NCBI RefSeq assembly: GCF_004010195.1
Contig: NC_057718.1
Span: 74,219,604-74,283,603, forward strand
Reading direction: 5' to 3'
Length of the DNA: 64,000 bases
Origin: Chiloscyllium plagiosum
Taxonomy: Eukaryota
Shown here: positions 61,325-64,000 of the stretch, in pieces
Position numbering within the stretch: the stretch's first letter is position 1
How the letters are laid out: each line of letters opens with the position of its first letter
The notes under the pieces: generated by a model
Database searches by the model: none
Seen by the model: the letters and a program-made list of their open reading frames with translations, nothing else
Told to the model about the DNA's origin: nothing
Program-made: the position numbers and the translations under genes

Positions 61325-61592
61325 TAGATTAGATTAGATTCCCTACAGTGTGGAAACAGGCAATTTGGCCCAGCAAGCTCACACCCACCCTCTGAAGCGT
61401 AACCCACCCAGACCCATTCCCCTCTGACTAATGTACCTAACACTATGGGCAATTTAGCCCTGCTAATTTACTTGACCTACACATCTTTGAATTGTGGGAG
61501 GAAACCAGAGCACCCTGAGGAAACTCACACAGACATAGGGAGAATGTGGAAACCACACAGATAGTGGCCCTGTGAGACAGCAATGCTAACCT
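61325..61592 (-). mobile_element. Degenerate V-SINE
   Basis: (ATTAG)n tail and body similar to 4663-4980. Confidence 0.85.
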
Positions 61593-61685
61593 CTTTTGCA
61601 TTCCAAATTGCTCAAGCTAGTTTTATGTGACTCATGAACGAGGACATTCAAATCCCTTTGAACGCCAACATTTCCATTGAAGGAA

Positions 61686-62474
61686 TATCGTGTATACACA
61701 TGCAAAAGTCAAATTTATTAGACTATTTTTTAATGTTAAATTTATGGGATTAACTATTACATGGATACTATATTCGAGGGGCTTAAATTCGTACTACAGT
61801 CCAAACTACCATATCACTAGCAGAAGCCCAATTGATCTCTAAACAAATAAAGAAAAAAAAACAAATTATGGTAATTCCAAGAGTGCTACAGTGGAACTGA
61901 GCTCAACTGAGCTGCACAGAAAAAAAGGTTGTAACCTGACTCTGACCTGATGCGTCTTAAACTTTCATGCCAAATTCTTCCATTTCCTTCTGTTTTGTTT
62001 CGTTTACTGTTGTTTTAGTTTTTCAAACTGACATTTTAAGCTTTTGTTTATGACAAAGTTGTCAGATATTTGAGTGTCATACAGTTTCATTGATCATTGT
62101 AGCCGTTAGAAATTGTCAACAGCTGCACGGTAATTATAGTGAAGTAAATGCATATAGACCCCATCTTATTTAGGAAATGATGGTGTGATAAACTTTGTAT
62201 CACACTAACTGTACTAATTATAGTGTTCGTTCGATAATGGGCTGAAGAAATCTATAGCTTAGTATTTGTGTGAATTGTATTTCAAAACATGTAATAGCAG
62301 GAAAAATAAAATTCATTTCTTCATTATAACATTGACTCATCAATGTTGATCTATTATTTATCAAGAACTAGGGTCAGCTTTAACATGAGATATTTGGAAA
62401 ATTCCAGACCTTTTGGTCAAAAATATGGGGTTGACTTTTACATGAGATTGACTTTTACTCAGGTATATATGGTA
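61686..62474. mobile_element. Degenerate pogo/Tc1-mariner-type non-autonomous DNA transposon (MITE)
   Basis: Imperfect 27-bp terminal inverted repeats: tatcgtgtatacacatgcaaaagtcaa and ttgacttttactcaggtatatatggta. TA at both ends. Subterminal gact.ttacatg repeats. Confidence 0.6.
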
Positions 62475-62796
62475 TTGTGCCTTTCTTTCTTTTTGCCATT
62501 GCATATGTCATATTCTAACATATTCATTTAGCCTGGCCAAGCCCCCTTAAAGCCTCCTGGTATCCCTTTCACAACTGACTTTTCTATCCATCTTGATGTC
62601 AAGAGGAAATTTGAAAGTATTACAATTTTTATCTAAGGCCTTTATATGTGTTGTAGACAGTTGTGAACCAAGCACTGACACTTTTCATACCCCAGCAACA
62701 ATGTACTGCTATCTTAAGAATGATATGTTTGTTTCTACTGTCGACTTTCTGTTTATTAACCAATTATCAACGCATATTCGTATAACACTCCCACTC

Positions 62797-64000
62797 AGAA
62801 CACAGAACATAATAGCACACGTACAGGTCCTTCGGCCCCCTTGACGTTGCACTGACCTATGAAACCAATCTGAAGCCCATCTAACCTGCACTATTTCATT
62901 TTCACCCATATGTTTATCCAATGACTATTTAAATGCCCTGAAAGTTGGCGAGTCTACTAATGTTGCAGGCAGGGCATTCCATGTCCTTTTTATGCTCTAA
63001 GTAAAGAATCTACCTCTGACATCTGTCCTATATCTAAAACCCCTTAATTTAAAGCTATGTCCCCTTGTGTTAGCCATCACCATCCAAGGAAAAAGGCTCT
63101 CATTGTCCACCCTATCTAATCCTCTGATCATCTTGTAAGCCTCTATTAAGTCACCGCCTAACCTTTCTCTCTTGAATGAAAACAGCCTCAAGTCCCTCAG
63201 CCTTTCCTCATAAGACTTTCCATTCTTACCGGACAATATCCTGGTAAATTTCCTCTGCACTCTTTCCAAAGCATCCACGTCCTTCCTATAATGCGGTGAC
63301 CAGAACTGTACACAATATTTCAAGTGCGGCTGCACCAGAGTTTGTACAGCTGCAATATGACCTCATGGCTCCCAAACTCAATCCCACTACCAATATAAGC
63401 TAACACACCATAAGCCTTCTCAACAACTCTATGAACGTGGGTGGCAACTTTCAGAGATCTGTGGACATGGACACTGATATCTCTCTGCTCATCCATACCA
63501 CCAAGAATCTTACTATTAGCCCAGTACTCTATATTCCTGTTACTCCTTCCAAACTGAGTTACCTCACACTTTTCTGCATTAAACTCCACTTGCCACATCT
63601 CAGTGTAGCTCTGCAGCTTATCTATGCCCCTCTGTAACTTGCAACATCCTTCCGCATGGTCCACAATTCCACCACCTTTAGTGTCATCCGCAAATTTACT
63701 AACCCATCCTTCCACATCATCAACCAAGTCATTCATAAAAATGACAAAGAGGAGTGGCCCTAAAACAGATCCTTGCAGTACACCACTAGTCACTGAACTC
63801 CAGGATGAACATTTCCCATCAACCACCACCCTCTGCCGTCTTTAGCTTAGCTAATTTCTGATTCAAACCACTAAATCACCCTCAATTCCATGCCTTTGTA
63901 TTTTCTGCAATAGCCTACCGTGGGGAATCTTATCAAATACTTTACAGAAATCCATATACACCACATCAACCACTTTACCCTCATCCACCTGTTTGGTCAC
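62797..64000 (-). mobile_element. CR1 LINE RT and 3' end, running off the window
   Basis: SGVLQGSVLGPLLFVIFMNDL and SKFADDTK motifs plus the 3' UTR. Confidence 0.93.

Overview
Vertebrate genomic DNA, almost certainly from a cartilaginous fish (shark-type V-SINE/HE1-like SINEs, DeuSINEs and dense CR1 LINEs), with four assembly gaps. The only host gene I can support is an ecto-5'-nucleotidase (NT5E/CD73-like) on the minus strand. Coding exons 1-3 lie at 45069-44743, 8259-8037 and 7958-7770, with a 36.5-kb intron 1 and a 78-nt intron 2. I did not find exon 4 in the window. Most of the rest is transposon debris: CR1, L2/CR1-like, Rex1/Babar, Tx1/L1, Gypsy, SINEs, a pogo-like MITE and Penelope-like elements (PLEs). 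The most interesting signal is a set of short non-coding PLE-type elements carrying minimal hammerhead ribozyme (HHR) cores (CUGANGA-stem II-GAAA-NN-UH) from about four sequence families. Several occur as tiny head-to-head hairpin insertions flanked by 12-17 bp target-site duplications (TSDs), and some intact cores lie on the NT5E pre-mRNA strand. There are also three local templated duplications, a 5'-inverted Penelope GIY-YIG insertion and a perfect 32-bp palindrome. HHRs in PLEs are established knowledge; the hairpin-insertion architecture and any activity are my inference.
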